Positions 23,874 through 35,183 of a stretch of 64,000 nucleotides of DNA are shown here, piece after piece. Below the pieces are notes generated by a model. It was not told where the DNA came from, did not search any database, and was given only the letters and a program-made list of their open reading frames with translations. Source of the stretch: Eledone cirrhosa (lineage: Eukaryota); the NCBI GenBank assembly GCA_964016885.1, contig OZ024743.1:263500001-263564000 (forward strand), written 5' to 3'. The translations under genes and the position numbers were made by a program. Numbering within the stretch: position 1 is the stretch's first letter; the number at the start of each line of letters is the position of its first letter.

Positions 23874-24675
23874 TCGAAATATAACAAAGGAATATATAAA
23901 ATCCATGGGTCCGAAATCAGGGACAGAGAGGACGACTGACCAACTAGCTGCTTTCACCTCGGTCAGTCACCCTCAAGTGATGGCAACTCGGTCTACTAAT
24001 GACCTTCTGGTGAGGGGGCGAAGGCTTATAATGTACTACCACCTCTCCACCAGAGAATAAAAAAAGAAGAAAGAAAGAAAGAAAGAATGAAGAAAAGTCA
24101 GCGTAAGGGTCACACTACAGTCATGATAGAAGACGCCGCGAAAAATGTTATTCCAAAGAACCCATATTTTAACAAAATCATATATATGGGTGTCTGTATG
24201 GTCTAATGTGTGAACAGAAAATTGGAACGTTAACTTATGTTAAGAATTATAGGATGAAATTAAATTATAAAAAAATTAATAGAAAATTAAAGGTTTGTGT
24301 TGCGAGAATTATTTCATGAAATTACCGAGAGAGTCTTATATGAAAAAGTTTAAGTGTATTATAGGGAATCTCGATAAGTTATATATATATATTGTTATAC
24401 TTGGGGAGGGTCATATTTGGGTAATAATATTGCCAGAATTAATAACAGAACACACTCACTGTTTGATTCGTTTTCGCTTCTCTGTCTTTTATATCGGTTA
24501 ATTTAATTTATTCGGTCCTCAATGTTACCATTGACTGACCAACGGTCAAAAATACAGATACAATATAGACACAAATACATATATATAGTCTATCAAAGTT
24601 CTTTCGTTGCACATCTGCATATATATATATATGTGTGTGTGTGGGGGGGTATGTGTGTATATATATGTATATTAT

Positions 24676-24960
24676 GGTCAGGTCACCAGTTGGTGCTACT
24701 GGTAACATGTATCCCAGTAAACCTGTCCCATGGTCGGGTCGTTGGCGACTAAACTGGCAACCCCACCAAGGTTTCTTGGTGAGGAGGGTGACTTTGGACA
24801 TCCTGCAGGACTAAAAACAAAACCTGTCAAAGGGCAAAGGAACTCTTAAGAGTCAATGGCCATCCAAAATCACCGGGAGAGATGACCCCCCTTAGCCTTT
24901 GTCAAGGCAGAATTCTAGGAGAAGGAAAACTCTGATATAACACCTGCAACCCTGATGGTA
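24676..24960 (+). mobile_element. Probable RTE-clade LINE 5'UTR fragment
   Basis: CTAGGAGAAGGAAAACTCTGA motif recalled from RTE-type 5'UTRs; several hairpins and a twister-like core. Confidence 0.4.
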
Positions 24961-25601
24961 TCCAATGATGTTGACTTGTTCTTCTTTTTGGTAAATATCA
25001 TCTTGGTTAAGAGAGAGGGACTGGCTTTGTGCAGTACCTTTGCTCACTATAAAAGCTTCACGGCACAGGCATTGCTTTATATCTGGAGATCTCTCTGCAC
25101 TTGTCGTCACATAGTACCATGGGCCCAGCACTATGTCAATAATTGTCACAAGTGTAGTGTTTTTTACCAGAGTTTTCAAGTCGCTGGCTGGACTAAAAAG
25201 TCACACTCGTTCAGCGCATCGGTAGGGGTTCTCCTACATGGATATAAAGTAGTGGCCGTACTCGAAAACGAGCTGGCAGCCGCCATATACACATGTATAT
25301 GTTACGTGAATGTGTATGGATGCATGTATATGATTATAATGTTTATATCCGTGCATGTGCAACACAAGATACATCTTTTAAGGTACGACGTTAGATACAT
25401 ATTTTAGTATATTGGAGTTTTTTTTTATAGATGTCTAGGTATGTGTGTGTATGTACGTTTATATGTGGGTGTGTATGTGTGGGTGTGTACAGATGTGTAT
25501 ATATATATATGTGTGTGTGTGTATATATGTATGTGCATGTATGTGTGTATGTGTGTATGTGTGTGTGTATATGTGTATATATGTATGTGTATATGTGTAT
25601 A

Positions 25602-25654
<53 letters not shown>

Positions 25655-26249
25655 TTATTTATTTTTCTATTTACTTATTTATTTATTTATATGTGTGTAT
25701 GTATGCATGCATGTACGTGTATGGATGTATGTATATGGTTACATGGTTTATATTTGTGCATGTATAACAGGATGTATCCTTCCATAGATGACCCTGTATG
25801 ACCTTTTGTGCAGATCTATATGACTGAGTATATCACGTTGGGGTACGGACAGAGATATACACATGTGTGCGTGTATGTGTCTTTGTGGGTGTACCTGGAC
25901 ACGGAGATAATTGAGCGCGTATTTATTGAAATGTATATGAGCCAGTGCATGTGTGTGTGTGTGGGTGTGGGTGTCTGTATGTGTGGGTATGCACATCTAC
26001 ATAGGGTAGGGATTGTTTGTGGGTATGTTTTGTGCGTGTGCATATACATATATGTAGATATATATATATATATGTGTGTATGTATATGTGTGTATGTGTG
26101 TATGTGTCTTTGGGAGCGTGTCTGTCTTTGTGCCTCTCTATAAGGACAGGCGTGTATATGTGCGTGTGTATGTCTATGTATATGTCTGTACGTGTTTGTG
26201 TATATGAGCAAATGTACGCTTACGCACGTATGTGTTCTTGTATGCGTGT

Positions 26250-26297
<48 letters not shown>

Positions 26298-26867
26298 ATG
26301 CGTGTGAGAGCGGATGTACGAGGCCATATAGGCAGGCGCCTGTGGACGTGTATGTTGGTATGTATATGGACGTGGGCGTGTGTGGGTGTGTGTGTGAGAG
26401 TGAGTGTGTATGTATATGTATGCGGGTGTATAGTCGTACATATGTGTGTGTACATATGTGTATGCGTATATATGTACGTGTGCGCGCGTGTATGTATGTG
26501 AATGTGTGTGTATGTGTGGGTATATATGTGTGTGTGAACGGACTTGTGAAATACCAAACCCAGCATGAGTCCATTGAAGTGTGTCGGACGGAGAGTAGCT
26601 GATGGACAGTATGGCAGCAAATATTGACCAGAATTTATGATGACGTAGAAAAACAACAGCCAATAGCAAGACAGGAGAGGAAGATGTTTTTTGAAGCTAA
26701 CACCCCAGTTCGAAAATTTGTTCCGAAAGTATTGCATATGTCCGAAGAATCTGCAGATATAGAATCAGACAGATCCATACAATTATCCTATCTCGAGCTA
26801 TCTCTGCCGGCGAAACAATTGTAAGACACAATAAACTGAGTCTAGATGCATCACTGATTTTTCGTTT

Positions 26868-26931
<64 letters not shown>

Positions 26932-27036
26932 TATATATATATATATGAATCTTAGTGTGTGGTGTGTGTGTGTGAGTGCGTGCGTGTGTATTGTAAGTAT
27001 GAAGTATCAAAGCGTTTCGTTATGTCTGAAATTCGT

Positions 27037-27235
27037 AGATGTAAGGACTCTCAACGCAGAAAATAACTATAACCACACTCGATTGCTATAAACAACTGCT
27101 TAAAAAATCGGATAAAGCACTCCTGTAGGCATTTTTGTCCCGTATATTGGTGTACATTACCTGATTGTCTAAGTTGATGTTTATAGCAATCGGCTGCGGC
27201 TATATTTAGTTTCTGCACTTGGTATTCCTACATCT
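27037..27235. repeat. Foldback/MITE-like element with ~70-bp imperfect inverted repeats
   Basis: AGATGTAAGGA...GCAGAAAATAACTATA...CGATTGCTATAAACA is mirrored by TGTTTATAGCAATCG...TATATTTAGTTTCTGC...TCCTACATCT. Confidence 0.6.
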
Positions 27236-27309
27236 TCTGTGAAGAATGAGACACTGTTCATGTCAAGAAAACCTGCGCTCCGAATATTTACATGCGAGTG
27301 GAATTCCAC

Positions 27310-27715
27310 TGAAGCAAGTGGAGAAGTTCAAGTATCTTACAACCATGTTAGCAAGTGATGTAAGAAAGGAGGCTGAATGAAATGTAAGGGTTACAGGAGT
27401 TGGTGCAATAATGCACCAGCTTCAGCATATAGTCATTAGAATAAAGAAGGGAGGTGTAAAAGCGAAACTCACTAACTTCAATTCGATATTCGTGCTAGCC
27501 CTTAACTATGGTCAGGAATCTCGGGTAATAACCGAAAGAATACGATCGCGTATTCAACTGACCGAAATGATAGAATGCATTTCTCGGAGGTCAGAGCGTC
27601 GCTTCTGAATTGAGAGATCACAGCTACGATAGTATAGGCTTGTTGTCAGTATGTCTCAGTAAAGAATCGCTGGACAGATTTTACGGGGCAAAATCAACCA
27701 GCGGGAAACCCAGGG
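27310..27715 (+). pseudogene. RTE-clade LINE RT C-terminal fragment
   Basis: KQVEKFKYL...AKLTNFNSIFVLALNYGQESRVITERIRSRIQLTEM resembles the RTE thumb/C-terminal consensus. Confidence 0.7.
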
Positions 27716-27721
27716 ATGATG

Positions 27722-27756
<35 letters not shown>

Positions 27757-27758
<2 letters not shown>

Positions 27759-27970
27759 TTTCTAGTATAGGCACAAGGCTAGTAATTTGGGGGAGGGGAA
27801 AGTCAACTAAATCGACCCCAGTACGTTACTTGTGCTTTATTTATCGACCCCGTAAGGATGAAAGGCAAAGTTAACCTCGGCGGGATTTTAACTCAGACTG
27901 TAAAGTGCCGTAACTCTATGCTGCAAAGCATGGTGTCCGACTGTCCACCGATACTGCCAATCCATCACCC
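27757..27970 (-). mobile_element. tRNA-derived SINE (octopus OR-like) in an (AAT)n tract
   Basis: Minus strand: A-box TGGCAGTATCGG, B-box-like GAGTTAAAATCC, core GCCTTTCATCCTTACGGGGTCGATAAA, tail GCCTTGTGCCTATACTAGAAATC(ATT)n. Confidence 0.8.
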
Positions 27971-27986
27971 TAATAATAATATAAAG

Positions 27987-28645
27987 AACTTATTCAGCCT
28001 GTTATAAACATGAAAATAAAGATGGCCTCTGGTGTTTGAATGAAATTTCGTATGTCAGAATGTCTAAGAGCCGGTTCAGAAACCGGTACCTGAACCATGA
28101 AACAATCTTAAGACATCCTGACAAAAAACACGCCACCTAGCTCTTAAACCATGTATGGAGCCTTAACAATATCGGCCCACCTTTTTCCATTATATGGAGT
28201 ATATTAGAAAAAGCTAGCCCATATAATAATGGGACGAAATTTTGCCGATTATGTAACTCGGAAAATGGAATATACTCTCTCAGCTGATATCAGATAAACA
28301 CTGCTTAAATACACGCCTTGACTGGTTTAGTCGCTGTCCACATAAAATGAAATAGATTCTAGTAAATGGTATAGACCTGACGAACTAATTCTAATGTCAA
28401 GGAATATATTTTCTTTGAATTACTAACTGATTTGTATGAGTTATTAACTTAGCATAAATTTCCCTACTCTTGATATTAGTTTTAGAATAGTTACCTCTCG
28501 TCAATGTTAATTATTTATAGCTCTTTATAGCTATTTTCGAAATTATCTGCCTTTGAAGAGCTCTCAGATAATCTTCCTTAAAGAAATTATATTCAACCAC
28601 CAGAGGCCATCTCTATTTTTATTTTTATAACAGGCTGAATGAGTT
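27987..28645. mobile_element. MITE-like element with ~60-85 bp inverted repeats
   Basis: AACTTATTCAGCCTGTTATAAA...GATGGCCTCTGGTG at the left is the reverse complement of CACCAGAGGCCATC...TTTATAACAGGCTGAATGAGTT at the right; no clear TSD. Confidence 0.65.
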
Positions 28646-29393
28646 GGGGTGCATAACCCAACGAAACTTAAGTACCTGTATATGTCACTGTTGTAACTAA
28701 TTATATATATATATAAATTCACATGTATAGTAAAATATGTTGATTCTTAGTTATAGTCAATGAGATTGTGATTGTGTTAGATTAACAGTAAAAAAACCGA
28801 TATTACGAAGAAATGTATAAGAAATATACATTGAAATTAACAGTTAAATATAGAGAAAATAACAGAAATAAAACGTCCATTCTTTAACTGATACTCATCT
28901 TTTATTATCGATATACTGGAATAAGGAAAAAGTCTTAAGTTGTAACGATAAACAAGTTCTAAGTCGAATAAGGAAACGTCCACAAAGTGGAACGAAGGAA
29001 GAGTTCTAATGATGTGTGACAGAATAAATTGAAAGAATCTCGCATATAATGATTGGAGGACTGCGAGGCTGTGTCAGGGATATTTTTTCTGAACACGTTA
29101 TTAAAATAAGTTCGATCACTTTGAATAAATCATGAATGAATATTATGTAATTTATTTCCTATATTTCGTAGCTGATGATTAAACAAATATTTTTATGTAT
29201 AATATTTCTTATGTTAAGATTCACTTCTTTTAAAATTTTCAAGTGTCAATGCTTCCGGTTATGTTATAACGGACGCTATATCACATATCGCTTATATAAA
29301 CGTTCATATATTTGCATCGTTATATCATATCGTTTATATTTCCGTCGCTAATTTTCTCGTTTTTCGTTTACCTTACATTTCACCGTAATGCCA

Positions 29394-29604
29394 TCTATAT
29401 ATAATCTCGTCGTTTTAAAAATGGAGTACTTTACTGATTACAGAAGAGAGTGTAACACAGTATCTCTTCAATTTCTGTCCCTATTGCAAATTACGATTTT
29501 ATTTGACGTATCATATCTACATGCATATTATATTTGCGTATACTATCAACATGCACACTACACACACTAGCAGAAAACCACGCCAATGGTGGTTTTTATG
29601 CTAG
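29394..29604 (+). mobile_element. Non-autonomous mini-Helitron, ~210 bp
   Basis: Starts A|TCTATATATAA; ends with hairpin AAAACCAC-GCCAATG-GTGGTTTT then CTAG|T; sits between A and T with no TSD. Confidence 0.6.
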
Positions 29605-30051
29605 TACTTATAATGTTGAATGATAGAAGAACCATAAAGAAAATGAAGCACCCAAATGGAAATACAAGACGTCCTAATATGCACCTTTGTTTAGTTAAGT
29701 AGGATACGAAATAGTAATGTTACTTGTTTATAAAGTGGGCTAGAGTTAAGTATCGGGTGGCATGGATCGTTAAGAATAAGTGAGTCAGAAAGCTAGAATA
29801 TTTTTTGCGAGTTCAGTATTCAACATAATCTTCAACTGCAGGTTGTTATGGAGCCAGATGTAAACATGTGTATAAAAACTACTGATTTATAATACAATGT
29901 AAAACAATAAGTGGGTATAAAATAGACAAAGCTAATACACGGGAAATTGCTTCACCAATATCAGAAATATGTGGTTGTTAAACAATGCATTGTTAATATA
30001 ATAATTATCGTTCATTTTAAAAATTTAATTCAATCGCTTGCAGCAAGAGAA

Positions 30052-30074
30052 TTCTTCTTCTTCTTCTTCTTCTT

Positions 30075-30137
<63 letters not shown>
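30052..30137. repeat. (TTC)n(TTA)n compound microsatellite; left flank of nest 2
   Basis: Direct. Confidence 0.95.
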
Positions 30138-30359
30138 GTTCTTTGAGTCTCAGTCATTGATGTTAGTTAACTGGAAAGTTTGTTGAAATGAATATCAAGC
30201 CACTACCTGCAGCCTCAGATATTCAGGACGTATCGGAGGGTTCTTGCTGTTTCCAGCAAGCATGCCTTTTGAAGCGTTCCAAAAAGCGTGGCGGGGCCAA
30301 TTTTCTTCAACCATCCCTGGAAACTTTTTGTGATAGTACCTAGTGCGCCTATGACAATC
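30138..30359 (-). mobile_element. Dong family B 3' end fragment
   Basis: Closely matches 12097-12317. Confidence 0.9.
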
Positions 30360-30972
30360 TTTAGGTGTTTAGACTTGTGATGTACTTATATTGACAGAAT
30401 CTTCCTTAGTATATGGGCAGTTCCAATTAGTACTATCTTTTGTATTTCTCCTATACGCGGGTTTCCCAGGATTTACGATAAGTAATCATTAGACCCCTTA
30501 GGTATCATTCCTAGAGCGCCTACAACCACTGGTATTGTTTTAGTTCTCAATGTCCACATTTTTCCAATTTCTATCTCCAGTCCTTATACTTGCTCAATTT
30601 TTCAAATGTTTTTATAGATACATTCTTGTCTATTGGAACGGACATATCAATTAGCAGGCATACCCTCTTTTTAAAGTCCTTCAGTATTATATCAGGACTA
30701 ATTGCATCTATTTTTCGGTCTGTTTGGATGCTAAAGTTCCACAAGATTGAGATGTGATCTTTTTCAAGTATGGGAGGTGGTTGATGCTTCCACCAATTCT
30801 TTTGATGGGGCAGGTCAAAATGCTTACACATTATCCAATGTATGTATTGTGCAGCTCTGTCATGCCTGTTTAGGTATTCGCTTGGAGCTATAGGACTGCA
30901 CATTGAAATTATATGATCAATGGTCTCTGGTTGTTTTTTACATACACGACATAATGGGTTGCATCCATTTTT
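30357..30972 (-). mobile_element. Dong family A RLE fragment lacking the distal 3'UTR
   Basis: Matches ~7972-8587; RHD and PDIIL..LIDMSVP motifs. Confidence 0.9.
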
Positions 30973-30973
30973 G

Positions 30974-31653
30974 TAGATAAATGCGCCAAAGCAACGTTCA
31001 CCAGAGGAAAGCTGCTGAAAAGTTCAGACATTAATCTTGATCGGGGGAATGTGATAAGAGAACTTGATCAAGAGGAAACTTACAAATATCTAGGTGTTTG
31101 TGAAGGAGACGGAATCAAGCACTCGACAATGAGAGTATAGATAAAGAAGGAATGTTGCCGCAGAGTAAGAGCAATCTTAAGAACGGAAAGACCGAAAAAT
31201 AGATGCAAATAGACCTGATATAATACTGAAGGACTTTAAAAAGAGGGTATGCCTGTTAATTGATATGTCCGTTCCAATAGACAAGAATGTATCTATAAAA
31301 ACATTTGAAAAATTGAGCAAGTATAAGGACCTGGAGATAGAAATTGGAAAAATGTGGAAATTGAGAACTAAAACAATACCAGTGGTTGTAGGCGCTCTAA
31401 GAATGATACCTAAGGGGTCTAATGATTACTCATCGCAAATCCCAGGAGAAATACAAAAGATAGTACTAATAGGAACTGCCCATATACTAAGGAAGATTCT
31501 GTCAATATAAGTACATCACAAGTCTAAACACCTAAAGAAGCATGTGTATGTATGTATGTTCTTTCTTGAACATGGCGGACCTTGTTGTCTCTTGAGGTCA
31601 CTGGTGTGACTTGGTGATAACTCGTATGAACATAAAGCAAGATAAATGCAACT
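30974..31653 (+). mobile_element. Dong family A fragment, 5'-truncated with ~0.9 kb internal deletion
   Basis: RT thumb sequence (YKYLG) to ~31188 is joined directly to the RLE region (DRKIDANRPD); complete 3'UTR, then (TAA)n. Confidence 0.9.
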
Positions 31654-31716
<63 letters not shown>

Positions 31717-31718
<2 letters not shown>

Positions 31719-34538
31719 CTATAAAGTAGGTGAACATGTTAAACAAACTAAACTTAGAAAATTGAAAAAGAAGTACAGTATAAGATCAACATGTGACATA
31801 GACATGCTGATAGAAAGAATCAAGCAAAAAGTGTCGGCCAAAGCTGCTCGTATAAGGCGCTTTGAAAAACGATCTAGATTCTATAAGGACAATAATATGT
31901 TCAAAAACAACCAAAGAAATTTCTGCAGAAAAATTGGTAAGTCAACAATAACTGCTAAATCAATACCACCCAAGGAGGAAGTGCAAGAATTCTGGGAAAA
32001 GATCTGGGCCGAAGAAAAAGTTCATAACATACATGCCCCATGGATAGACAGACAAATGAAAGAAACAGCTCACCTTGAAGAACAAACATGGGAAAATATA
32101 ACAGTTGAACAGCTGCGCTTGGCTCTAAGAAAAACCAGCAAATGGAAATCCCCAGGAAAAGACAAAATACAAAACTTTTGGATAAATGCCTTCACAGAGT
32201 CTCATGAGCTGTTAGCCCAACTTTACAATGAAATAGTTAAGGAGCCAGAAAAGATACCATCATGGCTAGTTAACGGCATTACATTCCTGCTACCGAAGAA
32301 TGATGAGACAAACAATCCCAAAAATTACAGACCGATAACCTGCTTGACCACAATGTATAAAATTTTAACATCAGTCCTAACTGAATACACATATGACCAC
32401 CTGATAACAAATGACCTATTTCCCATTGAGCAGAAAGGGTGTAAACGAGGCTCATATGGCTGTAAGGATCAGCTTCTGGTTAACAAAATGATACTGGAAG
32501 ATTGTCATAATAGACACAAAAATCTATCGACTGCTTGGATAGATTATAAAAAAGCATTCGATAGTTTGCCACACCGTTGGATTGAAAAATGTTTAGAGAT
32601 TTTCAAAATATCCCCCGTTGTCAGGAGGTTTTTGTCATTCAGTATGAGGACATGGAGAACGACACTCCTTTTGAATAGTGAAACAAAATCACTGGAAGCT
32701 GGAGAAGTTAACATTAATTGTGGAATTTTTCAGGGTGACTCTTTATCACCGCTTTTATTCTGCATCGCACTTATACCATTAAGTAAAAGGCTCAATGAAA
32801 CAAAACATGGATATAGAGTCTATGACAAAACCATTAATCACCTGTTCTACATGGATGACCTGAAACTATTTGCAAAAAATGATGAACAATTGCAAGGGCT
32901 ATTATCCACTGTGAAGCAGTTCAGTGATGACATTAAAATGGAGTTTGGACTGGATAAATGCGCCAAAGCAACGTTCACCAGAGGAAAGCTGCTGAAGAGT
33001 TCAGACATTAATCTTGATCGGGGAACGTGATAAGAGAACTTGATCAAGAAAAAACTTACAAATATCTAGGTGTTTGTGAAGGAGACGGAATCAAGCACTC
33101 GACAATGAGGGAAAGGATAAGGAAGGAATGTTACCGCAGAGTCAGAGCAATCTTAAGAACGGAATTGAATGCAAGGAATAGGATCGATGCCATAAACACG
33201 CTTGCCATACCAGTAGTAACCTACAGTTACAATGTCATCAACTGGTCAAGCACAGAGATCCGTAGGCTCGATACAAAAATCCGAAAATTCTTAACCATGC
33301 ACAGAATGCATCACCCTAAGGCAGATATAGATAGAATATATCTCCCTAGGAAAGAAGGAGGACGTGGGTTAATCCAGTTAGACATTGCGTTGAAAACTGC
33401 AACAATTGGATTATCCACATATCTAAGGGAATCACATGATTGGATGATCAAACTCGTTTTGAAACACGAAAGCACCAAAAGATCATATTCCATTACAAAA
33501 GATGCACAAAGATACAGTAATGGACTACAAATTTCAGAAGTCCCATTTACTGCTGAAATGGAAAACACAGAAAAAGCAAAGCAGTTAAAAGTAACTGCAA
33601 AGAAAGAACTGCTACAGAAACTGGCTAAGAAATGGCAAGAAAAGCCTCTGTATGGAAAATACCCAGAGCGAGCTAACAATCCTGATGTTGACAAAACTTT
33701 AACCCATCAGTGGTTGGCATCCTCTGGACTGAAATCGGAGACTGAAGGACTGATTATATCGGCACAAGACCAGTGTCTGCCAACAAAAAATTACCAAGAC
33801 AACATAATAAAAAATGGGTGCAGCCCATTATGCCGTGTATGCAAAAAACAACCAGAGACCATTGACCATATAATTTCAATGTGCAGTCCTATAGCTCCAA
33901 CCGAATACCTAAACAGGCATGACAGAGCTGCACAATACATACATTGGATAATGTGTAAGCATTTTGACCTGCCCCATCAAAAGAATTGGTGGGAGCATCA
34001 ACCACCTCCCATACTTGAAAAAGATCACATCTCAATCTTGTGGAACTTTAGCATCCAAACAGACCGAAAAATAGATGCAAATAGACCTGATATAATATTG
34101 AAGGACTTTCAAAGGAGGGTATGCCTGCTAATTGATATGTCTGTTCCAATAGACAAGAATGTATCTATAAAAACATTTGAAAAATTGAGCAAGTATAAGG
34201 ACCTGGAGATAGAAATTGGAAAAATGTGGAAATTGAGAACTAAAACAATACCAGTGGTTGTAGGCGCTCTGGGAATGATACCTAAGGGGTCTAACGATAC
34301 TTATCGCAAATCCCAGGAAACCCGCGTATAGGAGAAATACAAAAGATAGTACTAATGGGAACTGCGCATATACTAAGGAAGATCCTGTCAATATAAATAC
34401 ATCACAAGTCTAAACACTAAGGATGCATGTGTGAATATGTATGTTCTTTCTTGAACATGGCGGACCTTGTTGTCTCTTGAGGTCACTGGTTGTGACTTGG
34501 TGATAACTCGTATAAGCATAAAGCAAGATAAATGCAAA
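31717..34538 (+). mobile_element. Dong family A, 5'-truncated copy with complete RT and RLE (frameshifts near 33025 and ~34297)
   Basis: ORFs 31762-33030 and 33027-34331; QGDSLSP, YMDD, RPD..D; (TAA)n on both sides. Confidence 0.9.
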
Positions 34539-34885
34539 TAATAATAATAATAACGAAAAACGCCACCGCCGCCACCGCTCCATCCATCATTGCTACTACT
34601 ATCCCATCACCGCCGCCACCACTCCTTCATTGCTACCACCACTATTCCCCTGTTCACTTGAGAGAGAAAGGGGAAGGTGGCGGTATCACTAGACAAGGGA
34701 GAGGCTAGCAAAAGATATAAATAGATTGACTTAGTGTCCTGGCCACCGGCCAAACGTCAACATCAACAACTATGGGACTGCTGGCTCACCCCTTCCTCAC
34801 CAACAATATAAAAAGCCCCGGCACCACCACCGACATAGCCAACAACAATAACAGGCAACTTCAGCAAAAAGTATATTATATTATT

Positions 34886-34936
34886 GTGGTGCACTGGGTG
34901 ACTGCTGGCCTTGTGCCTTTAGTGGAGACAATTATT
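34886..34936 (+). mobile_element. 5'-truncated SINE tail inserted in the Dong 5'UTR
   Basis: 51 bp absent from the other full 5'UTR; matches the SINE 3' end; ATTATT duplicated on both sides. Confidence 0.75.
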
Positions 34937-35183
34937 AATAATTTCATTCTTAAGCCAGGCAATGCTCACATTAAGGAACCACTCATGATAATGACAATTT
35001 AAAAAATAACAACAAAAAGAAAACCCTGTAACCAAGAAATACCGGGATGGCGGCCGGCGGGGAATAGCCGTGTCTCTAGGGGAGAACGACCCCTCTAGTC
35101 TTGGTTGACACTCGTTCTAGAAGTGGTAACACGAAATGATTACCCCTTGGCGGATAAGGATAAAACGCGACAAAATAAAGTAA

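Noticed and set aside
26560-26824. Possible host exon (66-aa ORF)
   Set aside because: No recognisable motif or convincing splice context.
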